Source: Ruditapes philippinarum
Lineage: Eukaryota
Length of the DNA: 64,000 nucleotides
NCBI RefSeq assembly: GCF_026571515.1
Contig: NW_026856503.1
Coordinates: forward strand, 62,001-126,000
Direction: 5' to 3'
Every line of letters starts with the position of its first letter. Within the stretch, counting starts at the first letter, position 1. A program made the position numbers and the translations under genes. The notes below the pieces were generated by a model, which searched no databases, was not told where the DNA came from, and saw only the letters and a program-made list of their open reading frames with translations. Shown piece after piece: positions 39,401 through 51,706 of the stretch.

Positions 39401-42074
39401 TTTGTCTATGGCTGCAGGTAAAACATTTACAGTTCCCATTTAAATAAATGATACATCAATTTTTAAAGAGAACTACTTAAGGTAGAACGCGACACTTTGC
39501 GAACTTTCGAGTAGCGCCTTGAAAATTGGCATGCAAAAAGTTGATTATATTTCCGATAAGGTTCCGTTGATTTTATTTCAATAGTTTTAGCCAATTTTTG
39601 TACACACGGCGTCAAAGTTGACCATCAAAGCCCGTTTTTTAACATGACGTTGTTGCGTATCCTTGGCAACTGTTACGGGTATTTCAACGCCATTTGCGGA
39701 CAAAATATCCTAAATTCTACAGCATTCGACGGAAATTATTTTTTCCTTTAAGCTGATATAAAATTTATCGTTTTACGCCAAAAAATGTTTGAAAAATGGA
39801 AAGAAAACTGTTAATTTTGTGTAAAATTTGACGTTCAGTTTTTTCGGCTTTAAAGCGGCTTATTAAAAAATTCCTGAAATAAATTTTTGATTTTTTTGCC
39901 ACCAAATGCTAAGGACCACAATGGAAATAAGAGCTTGCTTGCTCTTTTTTGTGAATGTTGATGGTCAACTTTGACGCCGTGTGTACAAAAATTGGCTTAA
40001 ACTATTGAAATAAAATCAACGGAATTTAATCAGAAATATGGTCAACTGTTTGCATGCCAATTTTCAAGACGCTGCTCGAAAGTTCCCAAAGTGTCGCGTT
40101 CTACCTTAATAATTTTTGTTACGAAACTATTCATATGACGGAAAAAACTGGCTCAGTGGGTATGTTCTGCTATGTTTTTCTAAGTGAAAGGTATGAAAAG
40201 TTACCAATATTTTAACATGCATCAATAGATAAAAGATTTACCTTTCAAATAGTATATAATATTAAAGGATCAAATGTACATCCATTAAGTTTTATTTGAT
40301 ACAAAATGCCTATTTTTTCACTTTTTGATAGGCATGATTGATATTTCAATAGAGTATATAAGAGCTGCTTATCTCTGTTATCTATGTCTCTGCTTTAACC
40401 AATTACTGCATGAGCATTTTGTGAAAATGGCTGTTTTCATTGAAAAATCTCCCGTTACAAGTTCAAATTGCTATAAAACTATAAAAAATGCTTCAATACT
40501 AATCAGACTAACAACATGCTCAGTCTTACATTTCCTGTTACATGGCAACGAGGGGACATCTCAAAATTGCCAAAAATCACTATTTTGCGTTGATTTTTTT
40601 ATATTGATTTTGATCCTTTTTATTCTTTTTATAATATAGTGAGAAAATTTTGTTGCTTAGTTCCTTAGTTAGAGATTAAGAAGAATGTATATACATGTTT
40701 GTACATTTTAACAAAGTGACGAATGTTATAAGCGAAACATCGAGATTTTATTCTATTTAAGCAAAGCGGCTCATGTCTCTGTGACTGCGTTAGAAAAATG
40801 ACTGGATAAGTCTTATAATCAGATGACCTGGCTAGCTGGCCAATATGTTGATGTATACCTAATCGCCCCCTCCTCCATTTTCGATTCGCTTACGGAGTAC
40901 TTATTAACATTAATAATCTCTAAGCATTTAAAAAACATCAGATAAACCTTTGTGTTAAATTTTTTAAGGTCAAGACATTTATTCCAGCACCAGTCTTTTT
41001 GTTACTTATTGGGGTTGCATCGAAGATGACACATTGATCACTCCTTCGTGTTTTCGTAGAACCAGTCTTCCTCCAAGACGTCAATACAGTGTCAGAACGG
41101 ATAAAGAAATGTTTTATGCACAAACGCAGATCTCATGTATTATATTTACACTAAATATCTCGCGAATTCACACTTAGTTCTGAAGAAAGTTATGTAGCCT
41201 CGAGGCCAATTCCCCCCACCCGAGAATCTCTAACCCGAACGCGTCGTTCATCATGCTTCATGTTAATTGATAGTATCGTCTATGAGTCGGCAACATTATG
41301 CATTTTCACAGTCAAATATATCTTACTTTACGAATCTAGACTAACTTAAAGATTACACAAGCTTGCAGGCGAGTTTTTACTTCCGCTTTGAACAACTCTG
41401 TTTCTCAAACAATTTTTTCTTGCAATCTTTGAATCGCTTCTCTGCCAGATTTTGTTTTTCATTGAAAGGCTAAATTTTACTTAAGATACTTCACTTTAGT
41501 TTCTGTAATTCACTTTACATTTGCGAGATTCTTATTTCGCATCATGTATGCAGACTTCATTTGTTCTGATCCCCTTTCAAAGTTCCATTTTGTTAAGTTA
41601 CGCCCATCGTTTTCTCTTTTAGGGCACAGATATTTTTTCACCTGGATACCACACGCCGCTTTTCATGAAATGACACTAAAGTGTCACATTCCATGATCAC
41701 CGCCGTATGAACACATCTGCTCAAAATTTTTACCATTGCACGTAAAAAAGTTGAATACTGCTTAAGCTGGTGCCAGGGGACATGGACAGTAGCTTGCACT
41801 TTCCAGTACTGTCCATGAACAGACTCAATCAAACCGAACATGCTCAATCAAACCGAGCCTGCAACACTTTCAGTTTTTTTACGTTTTTAACTTACTTTAG
41901 GGATTATTATTTCTTTCTTATACCTCGTGACACTTCTCAACTCAGTTTGAAAAAAAAATTAATGTCAGATCTATCCAAATTAAAAAAGTGTACATTAATG
42001 AATTTTAAAACTTTAAAAACTAACAACTTACCATAACAAGCCACCAAGATCACTAGACAAATTATTGTCTTCAT
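33489..42074 (-). CDS. Paralog A: secreted KR-repeat precursor fused to an aKG-HExxH-like domain. Exons 42032-42074, 34225-37508, 33489-33670; ~1167 aa if four clustered insertions at ~36455-36610 are removed
   Basis: Exon 1 plus exon 2 give MKTIICLVILVACYDALA (signal peptide); phase-1 GT-AG introns; 17 x 37-aa units ending KR; HEFIH at 34364-34378, SPIRHELRD, FHASYV; exon 3 LVLFHARAGNW...VLNDSGRAML...RLM*. Confidence 0.85.
35246..37188 (-). repeat. Coding tandem array in paralog A: 17 x 111-bp units (SPEVMMYNAKDPQSSTMLFSDIFDTNRHEPLSMVTKR), 18 KR sites
   Basis: First-to-last KR distance 1937 = 17x111 + one 45-bp in-frame insertion + 5 nt of small insertions. Confidence 0.95.
37632..37704 (+). 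repeat. (GT)n/(GCGT)n microsatellite
   Basis: Direct inspection. Confidence 0.95.
39256..40392. mobile_element. Non-autonomous TIR element, CAGAG...CTCTG ends, 7-bp TSD CTTTAAC (P-element-like)
   Basis: TIR CAGAGACATAGATAACAGAGATA; CTTTAAC at 39249-39255 and 40393-40399. Confidence 0.8.
39481..40105. mobile_element. Nested MITE with ~150-bp TIRs, GG...CC ends and TTAA TSD (Kolobok-like)
   Basis: TTAA-GGTAGAACGCGACACTTTG ... CAAAGTGTCGCGTTCTACC-TTAA. Confidence 0.85.
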
Positions 42075-42128
42075 TCCTCTTTAATACTGTAAAGGTCAGT
42101 GAATGAATAATGTGCTCATTGATGGTTC

Positions 42129-42135
42129 TTATATA
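42129..42135 (-). promoter_or_regulatory. TATA box of paralog A
   Basis: TATATAA ~55 nt upstream of the exon-1 ATG; same position in paralog B. Confidence 0.65.
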
Positions 42136-43429
42136 CGAGGTAGTGTCATATGTCATAGCAAATGTTATCATTGAAGCCGAAAATGATCCATCACTGCTGT
42201 TTACATTACATAGGTTCAAGTCACTATTTAGAAAAAAATGAAAAGTCCGTTTAATATCAAAGTTAATTTATTTGTAAAATTGCAAAACAAAAAACAATAA
42301 GCAAATAAAAAACAGAAAAGAAAACAAACATAATACAAAAAAAGAAAACAACAAAGCACAAAAGTTAAATGTTGCTACATGACGCATATATCTTTTGCTT
42401 CAACATCAAAAGCATGGGTATTATCCAAAATCGACAGCTTCTTTTAAAGCAGCACGCCTCCAGATTCATTCTAATTTTCATGAAATTTTTGAAAATGTAT
42501 CTAAATGTGTAATACTGTGAAGTAACCAAAAAGAAGGAATTTACACATTATCAGCGGCACTTTCAATATCCATGAAAATTACCAAAAGAAAGGTCAAAAT
42601 ATGGTTAAATAGCCTTTACTGCGTTAGTAGCGCAGTAGAAATATAGCTGTAAATACTGTAAAATTGGTCATTAATCGCATTTAATATGTAAAATACTACT
42701 TGAATCTTGAACTTACATCTTAGTACATTTCTCTCAAGTTTGATTTAATTGAAATGTTTTGACTCATCTGGAGACATGTAGCTTTAGATAGATAGATACA
42801 TAGATACATAGATAGATAGATTTCGGCATAAAGGTAAACATGTTACATGATAAACAAACACAATGTAGATTAAAACAATTACAAATAAATGAATAAATAA
42901 GTAAATAAATGAATAAATACTATATTATGTAAACTATGACATGTTCCCAAAACCAAGGATAGCACAAATAAGAGCAAGCTCTTATTTCCATTGTGGTCCT
43001 TACCATTTGGTGGCATGACAGAGAGGTATTTCATAAAGGAAAAAAAAATCTCACTAATTATAAGAAAAATCACATTAATGAAGTATATCATTTAAAATTA
43101 TCACATTTTAAAATGTAAGGTAATGTAAATAAAAAGTCAGTATCACTTTAAGAAATAATCATGTACATATTAAGAAAAGATTACATTAAAAACAATTATC
43201 ACAGTTGTTTTAAGTATGTAAGGAAAGGACATGCCATAGATTACGCTATTCAAAAAAAGGATAAAGTTTTTAAAGTCTTAATAAAAAATTTAAAACAAAT
43301 TTCAAAAAAAAAAAAATGAAACAGTAAACCTGAGCCGAAAAATATTTCAATAAAAAAAAAATGAAAACATATAAAATTTTCTTGCAAGAAATTTTAAGAA
43401 AAACACTTACATGCTACTTAAAAAGTGAC

Positions 43430-44290
43430 TTTTTAAGGCTTTAAACGATGAAATTTGTTAATTTCAGTTATACAAGTTGGAAAACTGTTCCATAGTTTAG
43501 CGCCAATAAAACTTAAAGACTTTGACCCGGAACCTTTAACCTTAGGAAGACAATACCCTCCATTTTTACTCAGTCTGGTGCAATAAGAATGCATAGATTC
43601 CTGAAAAACAAAACAATCACTTACGTACTCTGGGGCCATTTGGTTTTTAACTTTAAAAACATGACATAACATGATTTGTTCAACTCTTTCACAAACTGGT
43701 AACCAATGAGGGGTTTAAAATGGGAAGGGCCAATATGAACTCTGGAATCAAGGTTTAGAACAAATCTCATCATTTTATTTTGTATTGTCTGTAATTTATT
43801 TTTCAAGACCTGAGTTAAACCATTTTACCAGACACAGCAGGCATAGTCAAAGTGGCACTGAATTAAGGAATTGACAAGCAGTTTTTTTGGTATGCTGTGT
43901 AAGGAAAACTTTTCTTACGGTAAAAGGACTTTAACCAGGCGTTAGCCTTCTGAATTACTGAGTCTGCCGTGTAACCAAAGGACAGGTACTAATCAATAGT
44001 TACCCCAAGATATTTAATGGATGTGGATGCTTCTATTGCAGTGTCATTACAGTTTATGTTTAATTTGGAATGTGACCTAAGTTTTTGTTTAGACCCAAAC
44101 ACAATGGACTCAGTTTTACCTAAGTGCAACGATAACTTATTATCAATTTATTATTGACTTACTGAGGACAAATCTTCAGATACAGAAATTTCCACCTCAG
44201 GTAATTTTTTCCAGAAACAAGTATTCCAGAGTCATCAGCATATAGCAATAGTCTATTTTTCAATACCGCTGACATGTCATTGACGTAAAT
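43430..44290 (-). mobile_element. 5'-truncated L2/CR1-type LINE remnant (RT, frameshifted)
   Basis: Minus-strand fragments KNRLLLYADDSGI, KYLGV, HFDYAC, KLQTIQNKMMRFVL, GAKLWNSFP. Confidence 0.85.
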
Positions 44291-46181
44291 TAAATTTATT
44301 GAAATCACTGCCTAAATGTCGCCTAAAAACAGCAAATTGTTCAAAAGTGCACGTGTAACTTAAAAAGTACATAAGTTTTAAAGATTAGACTGTACAAAAT
44401 TACACGTTTATTTTAGTCTTAACATTTCTTGATGGGCAGTACTTTATGTATATTTATGGTTTTAGACAGACTTGACATTTTAAATTTTTCATCAGAATAT
44501 TTCATTGATAGGCGATAACCATTCATTTGTAGCAAAGATAAAACAGAAATATCGTACAATACAATAAATATAATACAATTTCGTGTGCTGATATGTTAGG
44601 AAATGCAGAGAATAAAAACAGTCTGCAAAGAAAAGTAAAGAGTAGAATTTAGTGAAGAAAAGGGTATAGAACAACAATGCAAAATAACGTTAAAAGAAAC
44701 TTCAAGAAGAAAATATCGTCAAAGAAAGATACGATTGAATTTTCTTTATTTTTTTGTCAAAACATGTATTTACATTTTTACATTTCTTGATTATAAGTTT
44801 GGATTTGACTTGAAATGTCGTTAAAATATATATTTTATATAATACATCTTAGCATACAATTCTAAGCTTATATTTACGTTAAAGATATGAAATTAAGTCT
44901 TTTTTAACGTGTGTATTATAACTTTTCTTTCTTTAGCAGCAACATATTTTTTATCGTTTTTCACGTTTTGAGTACATTGACCCTTTCGTTTTCTTACATG
45001 AAAATAATCTTAAAGCTTTTTTCACGTTGTTCTTCTTCAAAGGCATCCATCTCGTCGTTTTTAGCTTTTTTTTGCAATTTATAGATAAGTTCAATGATTG
45101 AAGAGCACTTGCCATCGGCATAATAATAGAAGTTGAATGGTTTATGACTGCAATTTTGGTATATATTTTTGTCTACAAACATTGAAATAATAACCGTGCA
45201 TTGATTTTTTTGTCATTTAGCTTCTGTTGAAATGTGTACACAATTGCATGATGGCTGATTGATGCCATGCCGTCGATGCATAACATGTGTCGCGTTTTCG
45301 CAAACTCCTGTCGTATCTATGCATCTTCGGGGCAAAATGCGAAACTACGGCAAAGTTAAACTTTTTTCGCTTCTTTGTGTTTTTTACATTTCCGCATCTC
45401 CATTTATTTGCGTTGTTGCGAATGAGGAAAGGCACAACAATGCGAAAAAGCAAAAATGCTGAGGCTAGACAAATAAGATGCAAAAACACGACACTTTCTA
45501 TATATTGTATTTATGCCTAAATTTGTCTTTCTCTTTGTTGTTCGCCGCGAAAACAAAGTAGGAATACACGATGCGACTTACGTCAAAATGATCATTATTT
45601 GTATTTATATCAAAATATCTTTATTAGTTTATCATGATTTTGCTGAACATTCAGTATTTGTTACCTTTACTTCAGTAACTAAGAGTTTGCCTTTTCAAAA
45701 CTAAAATGTTCTTTTGTATTGTGGTATGAATTAAATATAATTCCTTTTATTTCAAAAACTAGAATATTTTCTTGTTACCTTTCTTATTCCTTTTACAAAT
45801 TTATGAAAATGTAACAAATACATGTAGTCGAACATAAGATAACAAATGTTATTGTGTAAGCGTTACTTGAAAACTTATTTCTTTATCAGCGAGGGATATC
45901 CCTTTATCAAGATTTTTTAAAGTTCATTTATGACACACATTGTGTAGCAAGTACAACAAAATAGATTGTCAAATACTCGTATATCTACCCTTCTCAAAAT
46001 GACTGATGTTCTCATGTATTATTTTAATGCTCCATATGATCTCATTTGTATTTAGGATAAATCTCATAGATGGCTAATCGAAATTTTATTTCGATTCATA
46101 ATAGCAACAAAAGTTACACAATGTAAAAAATAAACCTTTTATTATATAAAACATTTAATTATAATATTTAACTCAAAACTT

Positions 46182-49100
46182 TCACATAAGACGAATAACA
46201 AATAAGAAATCTTCCATGGCTTGTAACATGGCTCTTCCCGAATCATTCAGTACGCCCACTTCATTATCTAACATAGTAAGACCTTCTACAGATGCTCTCA
46301 ATGGTTCAGCAAGTTTAACTGCTTTCTCCCAGTTACCAGCTCGTGCATGGAAAAGAGCAACCCCTAAAATATCAAGAAACATCCACTTAATTGAGACATT
46401 AAAAAAGAAAAAACAAATGAAATTGTTAGTGACAAAGATTCTCTTTGCCTTGTTCATTTCTTTTTAAATATGAAGTGAAAGTTTGCCTGTGAAAACTTTC
46501 TATTTTTCCTTAGATATTAACTGCATTTTTACATGTAACGACAATATGAGACTTCTTCTCAAAACTTGTGTTCGTTGTTATTTTGTTCTTGATATTACTA
46601 CAAATCCACGTGTATTATTGCAAAACATGCATGTTTTATAAAACTATTCGAAGTCTATTTTTTACGAAATTTTAACATATTGAAATGTCCATAAATAAGG
46701 CTGGACCATTTGTAATTTAGGGTCGAACGCTATTCGTATTTCATCAACATGTCGCATGTTACATACTTAACTTCCAAGGTATTATAATGATATACCTACC
46801 TGTCGAAACATAAGAGGCATGAAAGGTTTTGTCAAAATCACGAAGTTCATGACGTATTGGTGAATAGACTTTTGCCATGGAGAGCAATCTGTAGTCAGAA
46901 AATGTTCCATGTACAAGGTCGGCAAGGAATAAAGATGTATGTATAAATTCATGGACTATTTGTTCGGCATAATGCGCCACTGTCTGTTCCTTATATGAAT
47001 TAGGATCTTGCCAGATAAGCCCGAGAGCAGAACTTATACTTCCACCAGCAAAACCCGGATGCTCTGCCTTGTAAAACGCTATGCATGATACAATTTGATG
47101 AATAACTTTGTATAGTTCTGGCATTGTGTCATTTATAAGTGACATCGCTGCTTCAACTTTCCCTAGTATATAAGCTTGTTCTTCTAGTGTATACAAATGA
47201 AGTCCCGCATCTACATATTCTCTGCTCATTTCTTGAAGACCAGAACAATTTAATGCATCGATCACAAGGGAATCATTAAAACTGTATACTATCTTATTGC
47301 TCTGAACAGGAATTTTTAGAGTTTGGAACTTTTCAAGAATTTCATAAAACATAAGCTTCTGTTTTTCTGGTGTTGCGACCAATCCGGAGAAACCAAGAAG
47401 ACCAAGTTTTTGATTCATGAAACCAATGTCGTAAGCAAAAGGCCAGAAGAGTTTTTCAAAGACATTGGATTTTGAAATTTCATGTATTACTGTTTCTTGA
47501 CTCAAAGCTGGATATTTTAGTTTAAAGTATTGTCGAGTTAAATCATCATGCCCAAAAATAGAGATAGTCTGTTTCCATGTGCTAAAAAATTTGCTTTCTT
47601 CTAAAGGTGCCTCCTTGACAAGTGTATAAGTCATTTTGAACCACTGATTTATAAAACTTGAAAGCTCTATCACTTGATTGTTCTGGTTTGCCGATTCATT
47701 TCTCTCTATGGTAGTAACAGAGACATTGGTTCCAGCACAAATCATGATATGCCTAGGTTTTTTATCATTTAGCACGGCTTTGTATGCCATCACTTGTGGG
47801 GACCTTTTCTCGAACAACATTGACATTAGTTGATGATTAACTGTATCCAATGTGTTACTATATCGCATTACCGATGGCTGCATATCTTTTGCATTGTACA
47901 TCATCACTTGTGGTGACCTCTTTTTGTACATCATTGACATGGGTTGATGTTTATCTTCGTCCAGTGAATTACCGAACAGCATTCCCAAAGGCTGCATCTC
48001 TTTTGCATTATACATCATCACTTGTGGCGACCTTTTTCCGTACATCATTGACAAGGGTTGATGTTTATCTGAATCCAGTGAATTACTGTACAGCATTCCC
48101 AAAGGCTGCATCTCTTTTGCATTATACATCATCACTTGTGGCGACCTTTTTCCGTACATCATTGACAAGGGTTGATGTTTATCTGAATCCAGTGAATTAC
48201 TGTACAGCATTGCCGATGGCTGCATGTCTTTTGCATTATACATCATCACTTGTGGTGATCTTTTTCCGTACATCATTGACAATGGCTGAAGATTATCGAT
48301 ATCCAACGTGTTACTGTATAGCATTGATGATGGCTGCATATCTTTTGCATTGTACATCATCACTTGTGGTGACCTCTTTTTGTACATCATTGACATAGGT
48401 TGATGTTTCTCTGCATCAAATGAATTACTGTACAGCATTGCGGAAGGCTGCATATCTTTTGCATTGTACATCATCACTTGTGGCGACCTTTTTCCGTACA
48501 TCATTGACATGGGTTGATGTTTATCTGCATCCAATGAATTACTGTACAGCATTGCGGAAGGCTGCATATCTTTTGCATTATACATCATCACTTGTGGCGA
48601 CCTTTTTCCGTACATCATTGACAAGGGTTGATGTTTATCTGCATCCAATGAATTACTGTACAGCATTGCCGATGGCTGCATATCTTTTGCATTATACATC
48701 ATCACTTGTGGCGACCTTTTCCCGTACATCATTGACAATGGCTGAAGATTATCGATATCCAATTTGTTACTGTATAGCATTGATGATGGCTGCATATTTT
48801 TTGCATTATACATCATAACTTGTGGTGACCCTTTTCCATACATCATAGATAATGGCTGAAGATGATCGATATCCAATATGTTACTGTATAGCATTGCTGA
48901 TGGCTGCATATCTTTTGCATTATACATCATCACTTGTGGTGACCTCTTTCCGTACATCATTGATAAAGGCTGAAGGTTTTCAATATTTAATGTGTTACTA
49001 TATAGCATTGACGATGGCTGCATATCTTTTGCATTGTACATCATCACTTGTGGTGACCTTTTGCCAGTAATTTCTATTGGCAGAGTACCGGTGCCTAAAT

Positions 49101-51653
49101 TGTTCCTGTACATCATCGGTGACGGCTGCAGATCTTTTGCGTTGTACATCATTACTTGTGGTGGTTCTTTGCTGTACAACATTGACAGTGGCTCTAGATT
49201 TGTAGTTTCCAACTTGTTGCTGTACATCATGGTCATTGGTTCAACCTCTTTTAAAGTCATCATTACATTCCTTGGTGAATGTGAATTTGGACTCTTATTG
49301 TTTAATTTATTTCTGGCTTCATTCTGCTTTATTTTAAGATACTCAGTAAAGTCTCTGTCTTTTTTCTCCTCTAGTTTCCTCAACGATATGAAGCTGTCTT
49401 CGTCAAGATTTCGTACATTCCACCGGAAGTTGCTTTCTTTATACCTGTTCACATTTTCTATCAACTGCTTTTCTAATGGCACTGGTAACAAAGCCAAAGC
49501 ATCTGAAATATTTAAATAGATACAAGACATCATAAACATGTGTAGATGTTTTGAATTATTAAGTTAACTATTTCCTCTGCTAATATACAATGCAATCTTT
49601 TATTTTCAGTTAGTTTTATTTTATTTTCAATTGCCGGCATAAGAAAATTATTAGTTATTTCTAACGAATATTTAATAGTTACAACTGACAATTCACGGGT
49701 TTCTTAGATTTCCTATTTTATGTGTATTTAAGTAATTAGTACTGCTACTTTAATCATTTTCTGTAGTTATTTTCAGGAAATACAATTAAATGTTAAAAGA
49801 AAAGAATTGAATCGTAACCATACAAAAGCTTTGATTAGTAGGAAATTGTCTAAATTTATTTGCTATGCAACATGAGCTAGAGATAAAACTATTAACTTCC
49901 AACTAATTTCAAACACTAATAATTATATATATATATATTTTTTATTTCATGACTGTGAAGTTATGTATGGAATATTACTTTTCTCGCATTTAGATTGTTT
50001 TTTCCCCCATTGGTTATATGTTATTAATTTGTGTACACGCCATTATAGTTTTTAGCAATAGACATGTTTGTGCCTTAATAAAATTTTGAAATAAAAATAT
50101 TGAAGTGAAAAAGTGTAGTAAGAGGATTCGCTCAAAGAAACGTATTATTAAATTTTTGAGAGTATTAAAACAAAATTTATATATAGATCCTTATCACTTA
50201 TATAATGCGAAAACCGTTAAAGTGGATTGGTCTACAATGGAAATATTTTGAACAAATTTTTATGAAAAACAACAAAAGAAAATATTAAATTATTTTTGAA
50301 AAAAAAAATGTTGATATTATTTTAAGTGATGTAGTATGAACATTTGTATGAATAATATTTTGTTCTAGGATCAAGCCTAACGGAAAAGAATGTGCCTAGC
50401 CAGATGATGGAACTGGCAAATAAGAATTTAAATATACGACGCTCTCCCTACTAAGAGGAAGATATTTTACGAATGACAAGAACACTCTTCTAGAAATCCG
50501 TATAATTTATTTAGCAGAATAATATTCCAAAAATCTAAACAGTTGTTTGAACACTTTTAAAACATCTCATCGTATAACATTCTATGTTTTAAATACTAAA
50601 TTGAGCCGTGTCACGGCAAAACCAACATAATGCGTTTGCGACCAGCATGGATCCAGACCAGCCTGCGCATCCGCGCAGTCTGATCAGGATCCATTCTGTT
50701 CGCTATCAGTTTCTCTACTTGTAATAGAGTTGGTAAGCGAACACCATGGATCCTGATCAGACTGCGCGGATGCGCAGGCTGGTCTAGATCCATGCTGGTC
50801 GCAAACCCATTATGTTGGTTATGTCGTGACACGGCTCAATTGTTGGCGTTAGTTATAATTGACGTTTTAATTCCCAAAATGTTTGTCATAAGATAAAGTA
50901 TTTGATACTGAAGTATTTAAGTTTTCTTAATAAATGAATGTCAATGATAATAACTAAGCTAGTCGCTATTTAACTATTATTGTTGCTATTTGTAAGCGCA
51001 CAGTTATTTTTAACTAGGCACTTTTAAAGGGTAACGTAAATTATAGCATCGAAATAAATTTAAATATAGTCATACGTGTCCACTCATTACAAAAAACTAA
51101 ATGAGCCGCGTCACGACAAACCAACATAATGGGTTTGCGACCAGCATGGATCTAGACCAGCCTGCGCATCCGCGCAGTCTGATCAGGATCCATGATGTTC
51201 GCTATCAGTTTCTCTACTTGTAATAGAGTTGGTAAGCGAACAGCATGGATCCGCGGATGCGCAGGCTGGTCTGGATCCATGCTGGTCGCAAACGCATTAT
51301 GTTGGTTTTGTCGTGACACGGCTCAAATGATTCGTTTTCACCTTTAATTGAGAAGATGGCCGTCTTGTGATATTGAAATAACTGAATTCTTTATTGATTT
51401 TAAAAAGTAATGTCAGATTTGTTGTTTTTGCCGTTGTAACTTTTAACTTTGTGAATTAATGAAATGACTGTTTGGAAGAATTAAAAAAAAGGGAAAAAAG
51501 AAACCAGTAAATAAAAAATAAATCGATAAAAAACAACAAAAATTAAAAACACAAACAAAATTAAAATAAAAAATAAATCAATAAAAAAAAACAAGTAACA
51601 AACAACTTACCATTACATGCCACTACGATCACTATACAAACTATTGTCTTCAT
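46182..51653 (-). CDS. Paralog B: secreted GKR/KR-repeat precursor fused to an aKG-HExxH-like domain. Exons 51611-51653, 46800-49502, 46182-46363; 975 aa, intact
   Basis: MKTIVCIVIVVACNDALA signal peptide; phase-1 GT-AG introns at the same positions as paralog A; CDS 43+2703+182 = 2928 nt open; 11 x 38-aa units; HEFIH at 46939-46953. Confidence 0.92.
47803..49062 (-). repeat. Coding tandem array in paralog B: 11 x 114-bp units (SPQVMMYNAKDMQPSAMLYSNSLDADKHQPLSMMYGKR)
   Basis: First-to-last KR distance 1254 = 11x114; degenerate units flank the array. Confidence 0.95.
50603..50837. mobile_element. GAGCC-MITE, AATT TSD (intron 1 of paralog B)
   Basis: Same family. Confidence 0.9.
51103..51324. 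mobile_element. GAGCC-MITE, AAAT TSD (intron 1 of paralog B)
   Basis: Same family. Confidence 0.9.
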
Positions 51654-51706
51654 CTCTTACTATTGTTGTTTACTTCAGTTATGAAAATACCCTTAAAGGA
51701 TGCTTC

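Noticed and set aside
46939-46953. HEFIH as an ordinary metzincin or gluzincin protease site
   Set aside because: No HExxHxxGxxH or Met-turn, and the surrounding SPxRxxxR, H..Y and LxxxG motifs fit the aKG-HExxH family better. Disfavoured rather than excluded until an HMM or structure search is run.
47850-49519. Plus-strand repetitive ORFs (182, 132, 175 aa; also 35667-36234)
   Set aside because: Antisense shadows of the coding tandem arrays.
46759-49539. ORF ends MFMMSCIYLNIS... and ...GRYIIIIPWKLSM as real termini
   Set aside because: They are intron read-through; splice sites at 49502 and 46800 are conserved in paralog A and join exons 1 and 3 in frame.
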